64,000 bases of DNA. It comes from an uncultured bacterium (GTDB lineage: Bacteria; SAR324; NAC60-12). Below, piece after piece: positions 39,686-49,405 of the stretch. Location of the stretch: positions 32,001 through 96,000 of the forward strand of contig CAXGMD010000002.1 of the NCBI GenBank assembly GCA_964010765.1, given 5' to 3'. Position 1 is the stretch's first letter. Each line of letters opens with the position of its first letter. The notes beneath the pieces are model-generated. The model was not told the origin of the DNA, did not search any database, and saw only the letters and a list, made by a program, of their open reading frames with translations. Position numbers and translations under genes: made by a program.

Positions 39686-40794
39686 GATGAGCCTTCTCGT
39701 TTCATTCCGATTTTGTGAAAGGCTGGTAAAACGCCTCTTGGAAGGACCAGACACACTAAAATCAAGATGACCCCATATAATAGAATCGCCAAGCCACCAC
39801 CACCACCACTTGATAGATATTCTAGATAGCGGATGAATTTCTCTCCCGAGGGGATTTCTTCATTGATCAGTGCAACTAGAGAAGCTCCAGCACCTCCACC
39901 TTCAAAAACTATCCTGGACATTTCACCAATCGGTACTAGTAAGAAAGTTCCGATAATTGGCCCCATGACAAGTCCGCTTCCTCCAATGACAGCGAATAAA
40001 ATAATTTCAATGGATAGTGCGATCTTGATCACATCATCTGGAACAATGTATTGGGTGTATTGAGCATAGAAGGTTCCACCAAGTGCTGTCATTGCTGCCG
40101 ATAAGGCAACTGCATGCATCTTGTTGTGCATCGAGTGGATTCCCAGGGCCTCTGCAGCTTCTTCTGATTCTCGAATAGCCCGGAGGTAGTACCCAAATTT
40201 GCTCGAAGAAACGATAGCGCAGATGATTATTCCAAAGACCATTAATCCAAGAGCGATGTAGTAATAAGGCTCTTTTTCAAGGAACTGATATTCCCAGAAA
40301 GTGTATTCACTTGACAGCGGAATTAAGAGTCCCAGTGGACCACCAGTGAAATCGAAGTAAAGAAAAAGAAGTCGAAGAATTTCTGCGAAGGCGATCGTCA
40401 CCAAAGCGAAGAATGGCCCTTTTAAGCCATATTTGAAGCTTATAAAACCGAGGCCATATCCTACAATGGCAGCGATGACAGCTCCCGCAATCATCCCGAT
40501 CCAGGGAGATACTCCGGTATGAACATAAATCAGCGAGGATGTGTAGGCTCCAATACCGAAAAAAGCCGCATGACCCAGGGACAATTGGCCTGCAAAGCCC
40601 CCAAGAATATTCCAACTGCTGCTGAGATAAGCAAACATGAAAATCAAGATGCCTACGTGCAGCAACGCAGATCCAGAGAGGCCATCCGGCATGACTGCCA
40701 CAACAAAATCACTCTCAGCATAAAGTGGCAGACTAAGTAAAAAAAGAAGGGTGAGACCATAGATGTAATGGCTGATTTTGATCTGCGGAATCAT
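39682..40794 (-). CDS. livM: Branched-chain amino acid-type ABC permease (LivM-like)
   Basis: WNILGGFAGQLSLGHAAFFGIGAY, AIRESEEAAEALGI. Confidence 0.85.
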   Translation of the reverse strand: MIPQIKISHYIYGLTLLFLLSLPLYAESDFVVAVMPDGLSGSALLHVGILIFMFAYLSSSWNILGGFAGQLSLGHAAFFGIGAYTSSLIYVHTGVSPWIGMIAGAVIAAIVGYGLGFISFKYGLKGPFFALVTIAFAEILRLLFLYFDFTGGPLGLLIPLSSEYTFWEYQFLEKEPYYYIALGLMVFGIIICAIVSSSKFGYYLRAIRESEEAAEALGIHSMHNKMHAVALSAAMTALGGTFYAQYTQYIVPDDVIKIALSIEIILFAVIGGSGLVMGPIIGTFLLVPIGEMSRIVFEGGGAGASLVALINEEIPSGEKFIRYLEYLSSGGGGGLAILLYGVILILVCLVLPRGVLPAFHKIGMKREGSS

Positions 40795-40805
40795 TTAGGG
40801 CCCCT

Positions 40806-41678
40806 TTAGGTCAGTTTTGTTCCAAAAAGCCCTGTGGGCCGAAACAGCAGAATCAGAGTGAAAATCGTAAAGGTTGCAACCTGCTTCAAGGCAGCCTCTG
40901 GCATCAAGATTTCCCCAAACGATTCAACAACTCCGATGATGAATCCACCAATTAGAGCCCCTTTCAGATTGCCCAGACCTCCGAGCACAACCACCACAAA
41001 AGCTGTAAGGGTGAAAGAAAGCCCGACAGTGGGAGAGATATAGAAAAAAGGAGTCATCATGGCCCCTGCCAGACAAACACAGACTGTCGAAATCCCAAGG
41101 GCAATTTTGTAGATTCGATCAATGTCAATTCCTACCGCTAAAGCACCATCTCCATCTTCTGCGCAGGCTCGAATGGCTCGACCTGTTCGAGTCTTCATCA
41201 GAAATTGGTAAAGGCCAATCACAACAACAACGGCAAGAGCAGTAGCAGCAAGTCTAGTCAAACTTATGCGAGCCCCAAAAAACTCGACCGTGTTGGAGCC
41301 ATAAGCAACTTGAACTGTTTGGAAATCTGGACTGAAGAAAAAGACAGCAATGTTTTGAAGGCAAAGTGAGATGCCAACTGTTACCAAGATTTTGATGGTT
41401 TCAGGGGCGTAGAGGACAGGGCGGATTAAGAATTTTTGGATAATCCAGCCTAAACCAAAGAAAATGGGTAAACCCAAAATTGCTGCCAAGTAAGGATCTA
41501 TCCCGAGCAATGTGTAACAGAAAAAGGCGAAATACATCCCAACGATCAGGAAGTCTCCGTGTGCGAAATTTTTAATTTTCATTACTCCGAAGGTGAGTGT
41601 CAGCCCAACCGAGATGAGCGAGAAGACACCTCCAATCAGAATTCCGCTAATCAAAGCCTGCAAATAAACTGTGGCCAT
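40806..41678 (-). CDS. livH: Branched-chain amino acid-type ABC permease (LivH-like)
   Basis: GLTLTFGVMKIKNFAHG, TRTGRAIRA, VVVVLGGLG, RPTGLFG. Confidence 0.85.
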   Translation of the reverse strand: MATVYLQALISGILIGGVFSLISVGLTLTFGVMKIKNFAHGDFLIVGMYFAFFCYTLLGIDPYLAAILGLPIFFGLGWIIQKFLIRPVLYAPETIKILVTVGISLCLQNIAVFFFSPDFQTVQVAYGSNTVEFFGARISLTRLAATALAVVVVIGLYQFLMKTRTGRAIRACAEDGDGALAVGIDIDRIYKIALGISTVCVCLAGAMMTPFFYISPTVGLSFTLTAFVVVVLGGLGNLKGALIGGFIIGVVESFGEILMPEAALKQVATFTIFTLILLFRPTGLFGTKLT

Positions 41679-41753
41679 AAATCACTTTAGACCCTTAAAG
41701 GGCTGAATTGCCATTTCTTTTTGACAGTTGGACGAAGCGTCTGATTTCATTTA

Positions 41754-41790
41754 AACCCCCTCTAGATTTCAACTGATTCTAGGGGGGGTT
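41754..41790 (-). other. Intercistronic hairpin between the SBP gene and livH
   Basis: AACCCCCTCTAGA...TCTAGGGGGGGTT, near-perfect inverted repeat. Confidence 0.55.
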
Positions 41791-41904
41791 GATAAATTGT
41801 TTGAGGCAAAAGCTTTTGAGCCAGGCTTCTTAAGTGAGAGGAGAGCTTAGCCCAACAAACTCAGGAAAGTGAAATTGTCAGGCAAACCCCTGCATGATTT
41901 CAAT

Positions 41905-43128
41905 TTAACGAGTACTCCAGGCTGGTACGGGCCATTCCAGTGCAGCTGAGGCTGATTCGAAAGGCCAGACAGTCTTATGCTGCCCATCGATAATTTGCAT
42001 GATGATCAACTGGGCCTCTGGAGATTGACCTGTCTGGTCGAAGCGAACGCAGTCATAAGGTAGGATATTCTGGTCACCACAAAGTTTTGTCTCCGCAAGT
42101 GCATCTCGCAACTTTTTGCGATCAGTGGAACCGGCTCTTTCAAGGGCATCAGCAAGCACATAAGTTGACATGTAGGTTTCAGCAGCATGCCCATTCATAT
42201 CAACACCAAATTTCTCCTTGAAGCGCTTTGATATTTCGGGGACACCTTTCTTCTTGACGTCTGTTGCCCACTCACCAACAGTGAAGGTGTAGTCAGCATC
42301 TTTACCAAGTGTAGAAATATAAGCTGGATCAATGTGACCAGCGGATGTTCCAACAATTGGAGCGTCGATTCCAAGTTCTTTCATTGTTTTGGTGATCAGC
42401 ACGGCATCAGAAAGATAAGAGACCAGCAACACAGCATCAGGGTTCATCTGCTTGATCTTAGCCATCGTCGCAGTCATATCTGCGCTATCTTTAGGATAAG
42501 CAATTCGATCAAGGACTTTGATCCCAAATTGTTCTGCAGCTGCAACCTGACCATCACCTGTCGACTTCCCGAAGAGAGTGTCTTCATGCAGCAAAACCAC
42601 CGACTTGACGGGTTTACCAACTTTCTCACTGGCTTCTTTGACAAAACGAATCTGATCACGGGCATACCAGGATGCTTGAGGAGAAACCTTGAAGAGATAT
42701 TTGAAACCACGACTAGTAATCGAATCTGCAATAGCTACAGGATCAATAAAAGGCACTCTAAGTTTCTCTGAAACCTGAGTGACTGGGAAGGTTACTCCAG
42801 ATTGATAGGCGCCCATGATCGCGACCACACCTTTTCTCTCAAGTTTCTGCAGCTCAGTAATGCCGATTTCTGGCTTGCCCTGAGTATCCCCATCAATCAT
42901 TTCAAGCTTGGCTCCCCCCAGTGACTTGATTCCACCATTTGCGTTGATCTCCTCAACCGCAAACTCATGGCCTCTACGGTTATTCACTCCAATTGGAGCT
43001 ACTGAACCGCTCAGAGGTAACAGAATTCCGACTTTAATATTGTCAGCGGCAATTACATTGTAGGCGGTGATCTGAGACAGTATTGCAGCTAGACCAAGCG
43101 CTTTGAAGATCGTTCTTCTGAAAATCAT
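41905..43128 (-). CDS. Liv/HAAT-family ABC solute-binding protein
   Basis: Signal peptide MIFRRTIFKALGLAAIL..., IKVGILLPLSG, AVEEINANGGIKSLGG. ATG at 43128 follows GGGAG, so the 43239 start in the track is too far upstream. Confidence 0.88.
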   Translation of the reverse strand: MIFRRTIFKALGLAAILSQITAYNVIAADNIKVGILLPLSGSVAPIGVNNRRGHEFAVEEINANGGIKSLGGAKLEMIDGDTQGKPEIGITELQKLERKGVVAIMGAYQSGVTFPVTQVSEKLRVPFIDPVAIADSITSRGFKYLFKVSPQASWYARDQIRFVKEASEKVGKPVKSVVLLHEDTLFGKSTGDGQVAAAEQFGIKVLDRIAYPKDSADMTATMAKIKQMNPDAVLLVSYLSDAVLITKTMKELGIDAPIVGTSAGHIDPAYISTLGKDADYTFTVGEWATDVKKKGVPEISKRFKEKFGVDMNGHAAETYMSTYVLADALERAGSTDRKKLRDALAETKLCGDQNILPYDCVRFDQTGQSPEAQLIIMQIIDGQHKTVWPFESASAALEWPVPAWSTR

Positions 43129-43496
43129 AAGATTCTCCCAGGATAGTTGGCAATAACCTTTGCGGTGAAGAATTCCACAAAGGTCGAACAGTGTATTCAT
43201 ACTAATTGGTAATGGCAACCATTGTGTTTCACTCTTCACTTGAAGATCAAGAATTTATGGAGTTGAAACCCAAATAATCATTTCGGATGATTCCTTTGAA
43301 AGACATAGCTGGCTAATTGGAATGAGCATCTCAACTAGTAAGCGACGTCGGTAGTTTTCACCGACCTGATGAACAGAATTAATTAGATGAGATGACCTAA
43401 GCGAAAATGGTGCTTGTGTAAATTTAGCTTAATCTTGATGAACAGAGTTAATTTTGGCTCATTGGCTACAACAAAATTCCAGAGGAAATTGATTCA

Positions 43497-44393
43497 ATGA
43501 ATACTGAATTTTCAGGTATTTGGCCCATCCTTTACTCCTTCTTTGGAGAAGATGGAAACTTGGATCGGGCTGCGATGAGATGTCAGGTTCAAGCCTGCTT
43601 AACTCAAAATATTCAAGGCTTAGCGGTTCTTGGCCTAGCAACGGAGGTCCATAAATTGACCTCTGATGAGCAATTGAAAATTCTAAAATGGGCTGTTGAA
43701 GATTTGCAGGGAAAACTTCCTTTGGCTGTCACGGTTTCAGGTCCAGATGCTTCCGCACAATTGCAATTTGCCAAAAAAGCCTCTTACCTTGGTGCGAGTT
43801 GGTTGATCCTTCAGCCACCGTCTCGTCGTCCCCTTAGTGAAGAGGAATGTTTTGATCATTTCTCCGAGGTGATGAATTCAATTCAACTGCCGATCGCCAT
43901 TCAAAATGCTCCGGAGTATCTAGGGGTTGGCTTGAGCATTCCGAAAATCATTGACTTAAACCAACGTCATTCTCATTTTAAACTTTTGAAAGGTGAGGGT
44001 TCTGCTGTTGAGGTTGAGCAACTTGTAAAGGCGCTGAAAAGCAAAATGCAGGTTTTTAATGGCAGAGGAGGAATTGAACTAGTGGATTCATTGCGTGCTG
44101 GCTGCGCTGGTTTAATTCCGGCGCCAGAGTTGGTAGATCGCCAGGTTCAAATCTATCAGTTTTGGAGGGATGGGCTAACAGAAGAAGCAGAGGCATTCCA
44201 AAAGGAAATCCTGCCGATGATCGTCTTCAACATGCAAACAATTCAGCATCTACTCTGTTATGGCAAACGGCTCTGGGCGGCGAGATTGGGACTGACCGTA
44301 TTTGATCGGGCTCCTTTTCAAGCACCTAGTGAATTCGGTTTGCAAAGAATAGCTGCATTTGCAAAGGACCTAGGCCCTCTCCCCACTCGCTAG
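43497..44393 (+). CDS. DapA/NAL family class I aldolase or dehydratase
   Basis: GIWPIL, LGLATEV, IQNAPEYLG, Schiff-base Lys in LLKGEG, FNGRGG. Confidence 0.85.
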   Translation: MNTEFSGIWPILYSFFGEDGNLDRAAMRCQVQACLTQNIQGLAVLGLATEVHKLTSDEQLKILKWAVEDLQGKLPLAVTVSGPDASAQLQFAKKASYLGASWLILQPPSRRPLSEEECFDHFSEVMNSIQLPIAIQNAPEYLGVGLSIPKIIDLNQRHSHFKLLKGEGSAVEVEQLVKALKSKMQVFNGRGGIELVDSLRAGCAGLIPAPELVDRQVQIYQFWRDGLTEEAEAFQKEILPMIVFNMQTIQHLLCYGKRLWAARLGLTVFDRAPFQAPSEFGLQRIAAFAKDLGPLPTR

Positions 44394-44407
44394 CGATCTG
44401 ATGAACT

Positions 44408-45421
44408 TCAGGTTTTTTCTATTGGTTTGCTTCGAATTTGAGTGACCGTTTCTAGCTGAGCACGCTTACAAGAGGCAGGGGGAAGATTTCGGCTGATCAA
44501 TTCTAAGTCTTCAAGGACAAGCTTGCCGATCTGTTGGAGGGCAGAAGTCAAAGCACCAGCGCGGTGTGCAGAGAGGAGCATGTTTTTGGTTTGACGAATT
44601 GGGTCTTCCAATGGAACGGGTTCTTCAGGAAATACATCGGTTGCCACTCGAATTCTTCCTGAGTTGGCAAATGTTTGTAGGTCATCAAAGTCAGCGATTG
44701 CAGCCCTACTCAATAGGATGAGTATCGCTCCAGGTTGCATCCATTCCAGTCGCTCTGCATTCAAGAGTTTTGAATTTTCAGTTGTTATCGTGGCCGTGAC
44801 AAAAACAAATCTACTCTCTCTGAGAAGCTGCTCCAATCCGACAGGTTGAAGTCCATTCCTCTCTAAAAACCCATCAGGTAACCAGGGATCGTGAGCTAAG
44901 ATTTGATTCTGAAACCCCTGCAATACTCCTTTAACAGCCCGTCCCAAATCCCCATACCCAAGAATCCCAACAGTTGCTCCTGTCAGCAACTCTGCATCCT
45001 GATTTCCCTCCAAACCGTATTTCTCCAACCCATTTTGAAAATCAGCGTGTGCCTGGTGAACATTTCTTGCCAAAGATAAAGCCATGGCTAGTCCAATTTC
45101 CGCAACTGCAAGCGCAAAGACAGAGCTCGGAGTCAAAACTGGAATCGATCTGGAAGCACAATATGCATAGTCCACATTCGGTAAGAAATTCGTTTCAACA
45201 TTAAAGATGGCCTTCAGCTTTGTTGCTGCAGCAAGACGTGATGAATCGAGTGCTTGTTGGCTGATGATCACATCCATCTGAGGCAGCCATTCCGCATACT
45301 GAGAATCGGCCTGCATGGGATCAATTTCAAAAATTTCGTGTTCTGCAAAAAATTTTCTTTGGTCTTCCTCCCTGAAGATTTCGTTTGCAGTGCGAGGCCA
45401 AGGATCAAATAAGATCTTCAT
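44408..45421 (-). CDS. D-isomer-specific 2-hydroxyacid dehydrogenase family protein
   Basis: GILGYGDLG, HDPW, LSRA, TDVFPEEP, SAHRAG. ATG at 45421 follows AAGGA. Confidence 0.85.
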   Translation of the reverse strand: MKILFDPWPRTANEIFREEDQRKFFAEHEIFEIDPMQADSQYAEWLPQMDVIISQQALDSSRLAAATKLKAIFNVETNFLPNVDYAYCASRSIPVLTPSSVFALAVAEIGLAMALSLARNVHQAHADFQNGLEKYGLEGNQDAELLTGATVGILGYGDLGRAVKGVLQGFQNQILAHDPWLPDGFLERNGLQPVGLEQLLRESRFVFVTATITTENSKLLNAERLEWMQPGAILILLSRAAIADFDDLQTFANSGRIRVATDVFPEEPVPLEDPIRQTKNMLLSAHRAGALTSALQQIGKLVLEDLELISRNLPPASCKRAQLETVTQIRSKPIEKT

Positions 45422-45655
45422 TCTATATCCTTTGTTTATTTTTAATGATTTATGTGGATTCAGTACTTTAATCTCCGCTGATCCGAGATAGTTTTTTCTC
45501 AATTGAATCTCAGTGGAGTGAGACTAAATTATCAGGTATTGATTGTTACCTAAGATTGTAGTCAACTCTCCAACCGGTTCTTCAGATCTGAGGAATAAAT
45601 CGGCTATCATGAAATTTCTCAGAGACAATTATCAACCCTGCCTTGGGAGCAGAAG

Positions 45656-46618
45656 ATGATCAAACGATTTGCAATAGCGATGGCTTTTGGAAGCCTACTC
45701 TCAATGCCAGTTCAGGCGGAAACCTATGGTGTCCTGATGAAGACACTCTCTAATCCGTTCTGGGGTGCAATGGAATTGGGTGTCCGAGAGGGGGCAAAAG
45801 AAGCAGGGGTCGAATATTACCTTCAGGCTGTTGAGAGTGACCAGGCCGCAGAGCCTCAATTGAATGTCTGCAACACGATGCTGGAACGGAAACCCGATGC
45901 AATGATTACAGCAGCGATCAACTCCACTATTCTATTGCCTTGCTTGAAGCGAGCAAATGATATGGGCATTCCTGTAGTCGATCTTGATGGAAATCTTGAT
46001 CATAAAATCGCTGCAGATGCAGGAGTAGATATTTCTTTTTCGATTGGATCTGACAACGTCGCTGCAGGCGCACAAGGCGCAGAATATTTAGTCAATAAGC
46101 TGGGCAAGAATGCTAAGGGGCCAGTTTTGGTCATCGAGGGACTTTCAGGGAACATCACTGGTCAAAAAAGAGCTCGTGGCTTTTCAGATCGCTTGGCTCA
46201 GTTAGCTCCAGGTCTCAAAGTAGTCGCATCACTTCCGGGTGATTGGGATCGAGGCAAGGCTGCCAACATCACAAATGACACTCTGACTGCCAATCCGGGT
46301 CTTGTAGCGATCTTTGCCGCAAATGATGGGATGGCACTCGGTGCAATCGAGACTGTATATGCTGCTGGCAAGCAGAGCCAGGTGACGGTTATTGGAGTTG
46401 ATGGAAATTCTGATGCGGTCAAATCAATCAAATCAGGACGTTTGAATGCTTCTGTTGCCCAGTTACCTTACTTGGTCGGTAAGCAAGCTGTTGAAAAAGT
46501 TGCTGCGATGAGGAAGGGAACTAAAGTTGATCAAGACTGGATTTATGTTCCTACCATGGTTTTGACAAAGGATATCATAGACAAAGGTACAGAGCCGATG
46601 CTCAAGTACGTTAAGTAA
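45656..46618 (+). CDS. CUT2 sugar ABC solute-binding protein (RbsB/AlsB-like)
   Basis: Signal peptide ending VQA, KTLSNPFW, IGSDN, ANDGMALG, IGVDG. Confidence 0.9.
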   Translation: MIKRFAIAMAFGSLLSMPVQAETYGVLMKTLSNPFWGAMELGVREGAKEAGVEYYLQAVESDQAAEPQLNVCNTMLERKPDAMITAAINSTILLPCLKRANDMGIPVVDLDGNLDHKIAADAGVDISFSIGSDNVAAGAQGAEYLVNKLGKNAKGPVLVIEGLSGNITGQKRARGFSDRLAQLAPGLKVVASLPGDWDRGKAANITNDTLTANPGLVAIFAANDGMALGAIETVYAAGKQSQVTVIGVDGNSDAVKSIKSGRLNASVAQLPYLVGKQAVEKVAAMRKGTKVDQDWIYVPTMVLTKDIIDKGTEPMLKYVK

Positions 46619-46631
46619 TCTATCCTATGAG

Positions 46632-46651
46632 CGGGCCGAAAGGCCCGTTTT
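46632..46651 (+). terminator. Hairpin or weak terminator after the SBP gene
   Basis: CGGGCC-GAAA-GGCCCG-TTTT (GNRA tetraloop, short U-tract). Confidence 0.6.
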
Positions 46652-46676
46652 CTCAGAATTTTCTTAGGAACTTGGT

Positions 46677-47612
46677 TTGCTCTCCCGATTGCACATCCGT
46701 CTAGAATCTCTCATCGTCCTAGTGGTGCTTTCTGCAGGAATGGCACTGCTTTCTCCAGTTTTTCTCTCCGTTAACAATCTATTCAATATCATCTTAGCCA
46801 CAGCAACCTTTGGGGTGCTTGCAATCGGTGCTACGTTTGTGATCAGCTCTGCAGGGTTGGACCTTTCGCTAGGGTCCGTTTTGGGGCTTTCTTCGGTTGT
46901 GGGAGCGGCATTGGTGGTAACTCTGGAATGGCCCTGGTATTTCGCCATCCTTGGGTCGTTAATAGCTGGAACATTGGCTGGAGCCGTTAATGGGGTCATC
47001 GTGACCAGAGGAATGGTCCCTGCCTTTATTGTGACTCTTGGGATGTTGGGGATTGCACGGGGTCTCGCTTTAATTATTTCAGGAGGGAGAGGGATTTACG
47101 GTTTGCCAAATGAAATCCTTTTTCTTGGACAAGCAAGACCACTTGGAGTTCCTACACCAGTTTTTATCCTGGCATTGGTTGCAGTAATCTCTCACTACAT
47201 TCTTGCACATACCCGATTTGGCCACCACACCCTCGCGCTAGGTGACAATGAAGCTGCCGCTAAGGCTACAGGAATTGACATCAATCGACAAAGGATGTTG
47301 CTTTACATGCTTTCTGGTTTGATGGCAGGGATTGCTGGATTGATTTTTACAGCTCGTGTCAATACTGGGGATCCTACAGCCGGCCTCAACTATGAGTTGC
47401 TGGCGATCACCGCAGCAATCATTGGAGGAACAAATCTATTTGGGGGAAGAGGTTCAATTTTGGGAACTATGATCGGTGCCTTGATCATGGGTGTTCTCCA
47501 AAACGGTCTGAATTTGCTCGCTGTCCAAGCCTACTACCAGCAAATGGCAATCGGCATGGTACTGATTGCTGCAGTATGGCTTGATCAAGTCCGTGATAGA
47601 AAGAGGTCCTGA
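46677..47612 (+). CDS. CUT2 sugar ABC permease (RbsC-like)
   Basis: GLDLSLGS, PAFIVTLG, YELLAITAAIIGGTNLFGGRG; TTG start. Confidence 0.9.
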   Translation: MLSRLHIRLESLIVLVVLSAGMALLSPVFLSVNNLFNIILATATFGVLAIGATFVISSAGLDLSLGSVLGLSSVVGAALVVTLEWPWYFAILGSLIAGTLAGAVNGVIVTRGMVPAFIVTLGMLGIARGLALIISGGRGIYGLPNEILFLGQARPLGVPTPVFILALVAVISHYILAHTRFGHHTLALGDNEAAAKATGIDINRQRMLLYMLSGLMAGIAGLIFTARVNTGDPTAGLNYELLAITAAIIGGTNLFGGRGSILGTMIGALIMGVLQNGLNLLAVQAYYQQMAIGMVLIAAVWLDQVRDRKRS

Positions 47613-48355
47613 TGGCATTGTTAAGTTTGAAAGGACTGAAGAAATCTTTCGGATCCATTGAGGTTTTAAGAGGAATTGACCTAGAGATCAACCCATCGGA
47701 AGTTATTGGTCTGGTTGGTGATAATGGCGCAGGAAAGTCTACGTTGATGAAGTCCATCACAGGGGTTTATTCCCTTGATGAAGGAATGATTGGTTTTCAA
47801 AATCAGGATGTCACAACGCTTCCTCCCGGTGAAAGAAGGGCTCGTGGTATTGAGATGATTTATCAAGACCTGGCGCTTGCTCCTCAACAAGATATAGCGA
47901 ACAACATATTTCTGGGCAGAGAACCTACTAAACGTCTCTGGGGTTTTCTTCCGGGTTTTGTAGATAAAGAAAAAATTGATGCGGAAGCCCTCAAGATGAT
48001 TGATCGGCTGGGTGCTCGAATCCCCTCAATCCATGTCCCAGTTGGGCGATTGTCGGGAGGCCAGCAGCAAACCGTAGCAATTGCGAGGGCTCTGACATTT
48101 GATCCGAAGTTGGTCATTATGGATGAGCCCACAGCAGCTCTCGCTGTTCGTGAGGTGGAAGGAGTTCTGAAGCTCATTGAGCAAATGAGAGATGCTGGAA
48201 TAGCTGTGATCTTAATCAGCCATCGTCTGAATGACATCTTTGCAGCGTGCCAGCGGATTGTAGTTCTGAGAAGAGGGAGTGTGATTGCGGATCTTCAAAG
48301 GGAAGCCACTGATATGAATGAGGTGGTATCCTATATTGTGGGTGCTCACGGATAA
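47612..48355 (+). CDS. Sugar ABC ATPase, single domain (FrcA-like)
   Basis: GDNGAGKST, IYQDLAL, LSGGQQQ, MDEPTAAL, ISHRL. Confidence 0.9.
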   Translation: MALLSLKGLKKSFGSIEVLRGIDLEINPSEVIGLVGDNGAGKSTLMKSITGVYSLDEGMIGFQNQDVTTLPPGERRARGIEMIYQDLALAPQQDIANNIFLGREPTKRLWGFLPGFVDKEKIDAEALKMIDRLGARIPSIHVPVGRLSGGQQQTVAIARALTFDPKLVIMDEPTAALAVREVEGVLKLIEQMRDAGIAVILISHRLNDIFAACQRIVVLRRGSVIADLQREATDMNEVVSYIVGAHG

Positions 48356-48370
48356 CAGAAAAGGATCTAA

Positions 48371-49225
48371 ATGGCGAAGTTGGGAATACATGCATTCTGC
48401 TTCACACCAGGATGGGAAGCGAAACAAGCTGACAAGGTGCTGCCATCGCTTAAGGAATTGGGAATCAGCGTTGTTGAGTTGCCACTTTTGCGGCCAGCTG
48501 AATTTGATTCGAAGGGAACTAGGCAAGCCTTCGAAAAGCACGGTATGGGTGTCACTTGCTCTCTAGGTCTCCCTCATCACCTGGACCCGACTAAAGACTT
48601 GAAAGCCTGTACAGATTTTTTAGACCATGCTCTCCAGGTTGCAGCTGAAGCGGGTTCAAAAATTCTCTCTGGAGTGACTTTCGGTTCGATTGGAAAAACT
48701 TCAGGTGCCTCCAGAACTGATGCTGAGTACGATGCCATGTGCATGATGCTCTCACATGCTGCCAGTACTGCAAAATCCTTGGATTTAAGATTGGGGTTGG
48801 AACCTTGTAACCGCTATGAAACCCACCTGTTAAATACTGGCAAGCAAACGATGCAAGCGCTTGCTAGAATTGGAGCCGAGAACACTTTTGTTCATCTGGA
48901 CACATACCATATGAACATTGAAGAAGTGAGTATGTCTCAGGGTTGTCAAGACTGTGGAAGCAGACTGGAGTATATTCATCTTTCGGAGTCAAATCGTGGT
49001 GTGCCAGGACGAGGCTGCTTAAACTGGGAAGACACCTTTTTGGGTCTGAAAGCAGTAGATTTTCAGGGGACGATGACCTTGGAGAGCTTCATTTATGTTG
49101 ATGATGACATCGCAGGAGGTCTAGCTCTTTGGCGTCCAGTTGCTGATCAACCTGAAGATATTTTGAAAGTGGGTATCCCCTTCCTTATCCAGAAAGCCAA
49201 GGAGGCTGGTCTCAATCTAGAGTAG
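48371..49225 (+). CDS. Ketose 3-epimerase (D-psicose/D-tagatose/L-ribulose 3-epimerase family)
   Basis: Catalytic and metal motifs LEPCNRYETHLLN, HLDTYHMNIEE, YIHLSESNRGVPG, LESF, ALWR. Confidence 0.82.
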   Translation: MAKLGIHAFCFTPGWEAKQADKVLPSLKELGISVVELPLLRPAEFDSKGTRQAFEKHGMGVTCSLGLPHHLDPTKDLKACTDFLDHALQVAAEAGSKILSGVTFGSIGKTSGASRTDAEYDAMCMMLSHAASTAKSLDLRLGLEPCNRYETHLLNTGKQTMQALARIGAENTFVHLDTYHMNIEEVSMSQGCQDCGSRLEYIHLSESNRGVPGRGCLNWEDTFLGLKAVDFQGTMTLESFIYVDDDIAGGLALWRPVADQPEDILKVGIPFLIQKAKEAGLNLE

Positions 49226-49405
49226 TTTTTTTCATCATGCCTTTGGCCCAATTTCTTTGGGTCTGTTCCTTCTCTAGATCCCCTTGCAATCCCGAAATAA
49301 TACTAATTCTCCTCAGCAACTTACCTCACATCATTTGCACAGCCTGTGCTTGTGGAGTATTGGAGCAGCAACGGTTAATTCTCCAAAACTGGCCAGGAAG
49401 GCAGC

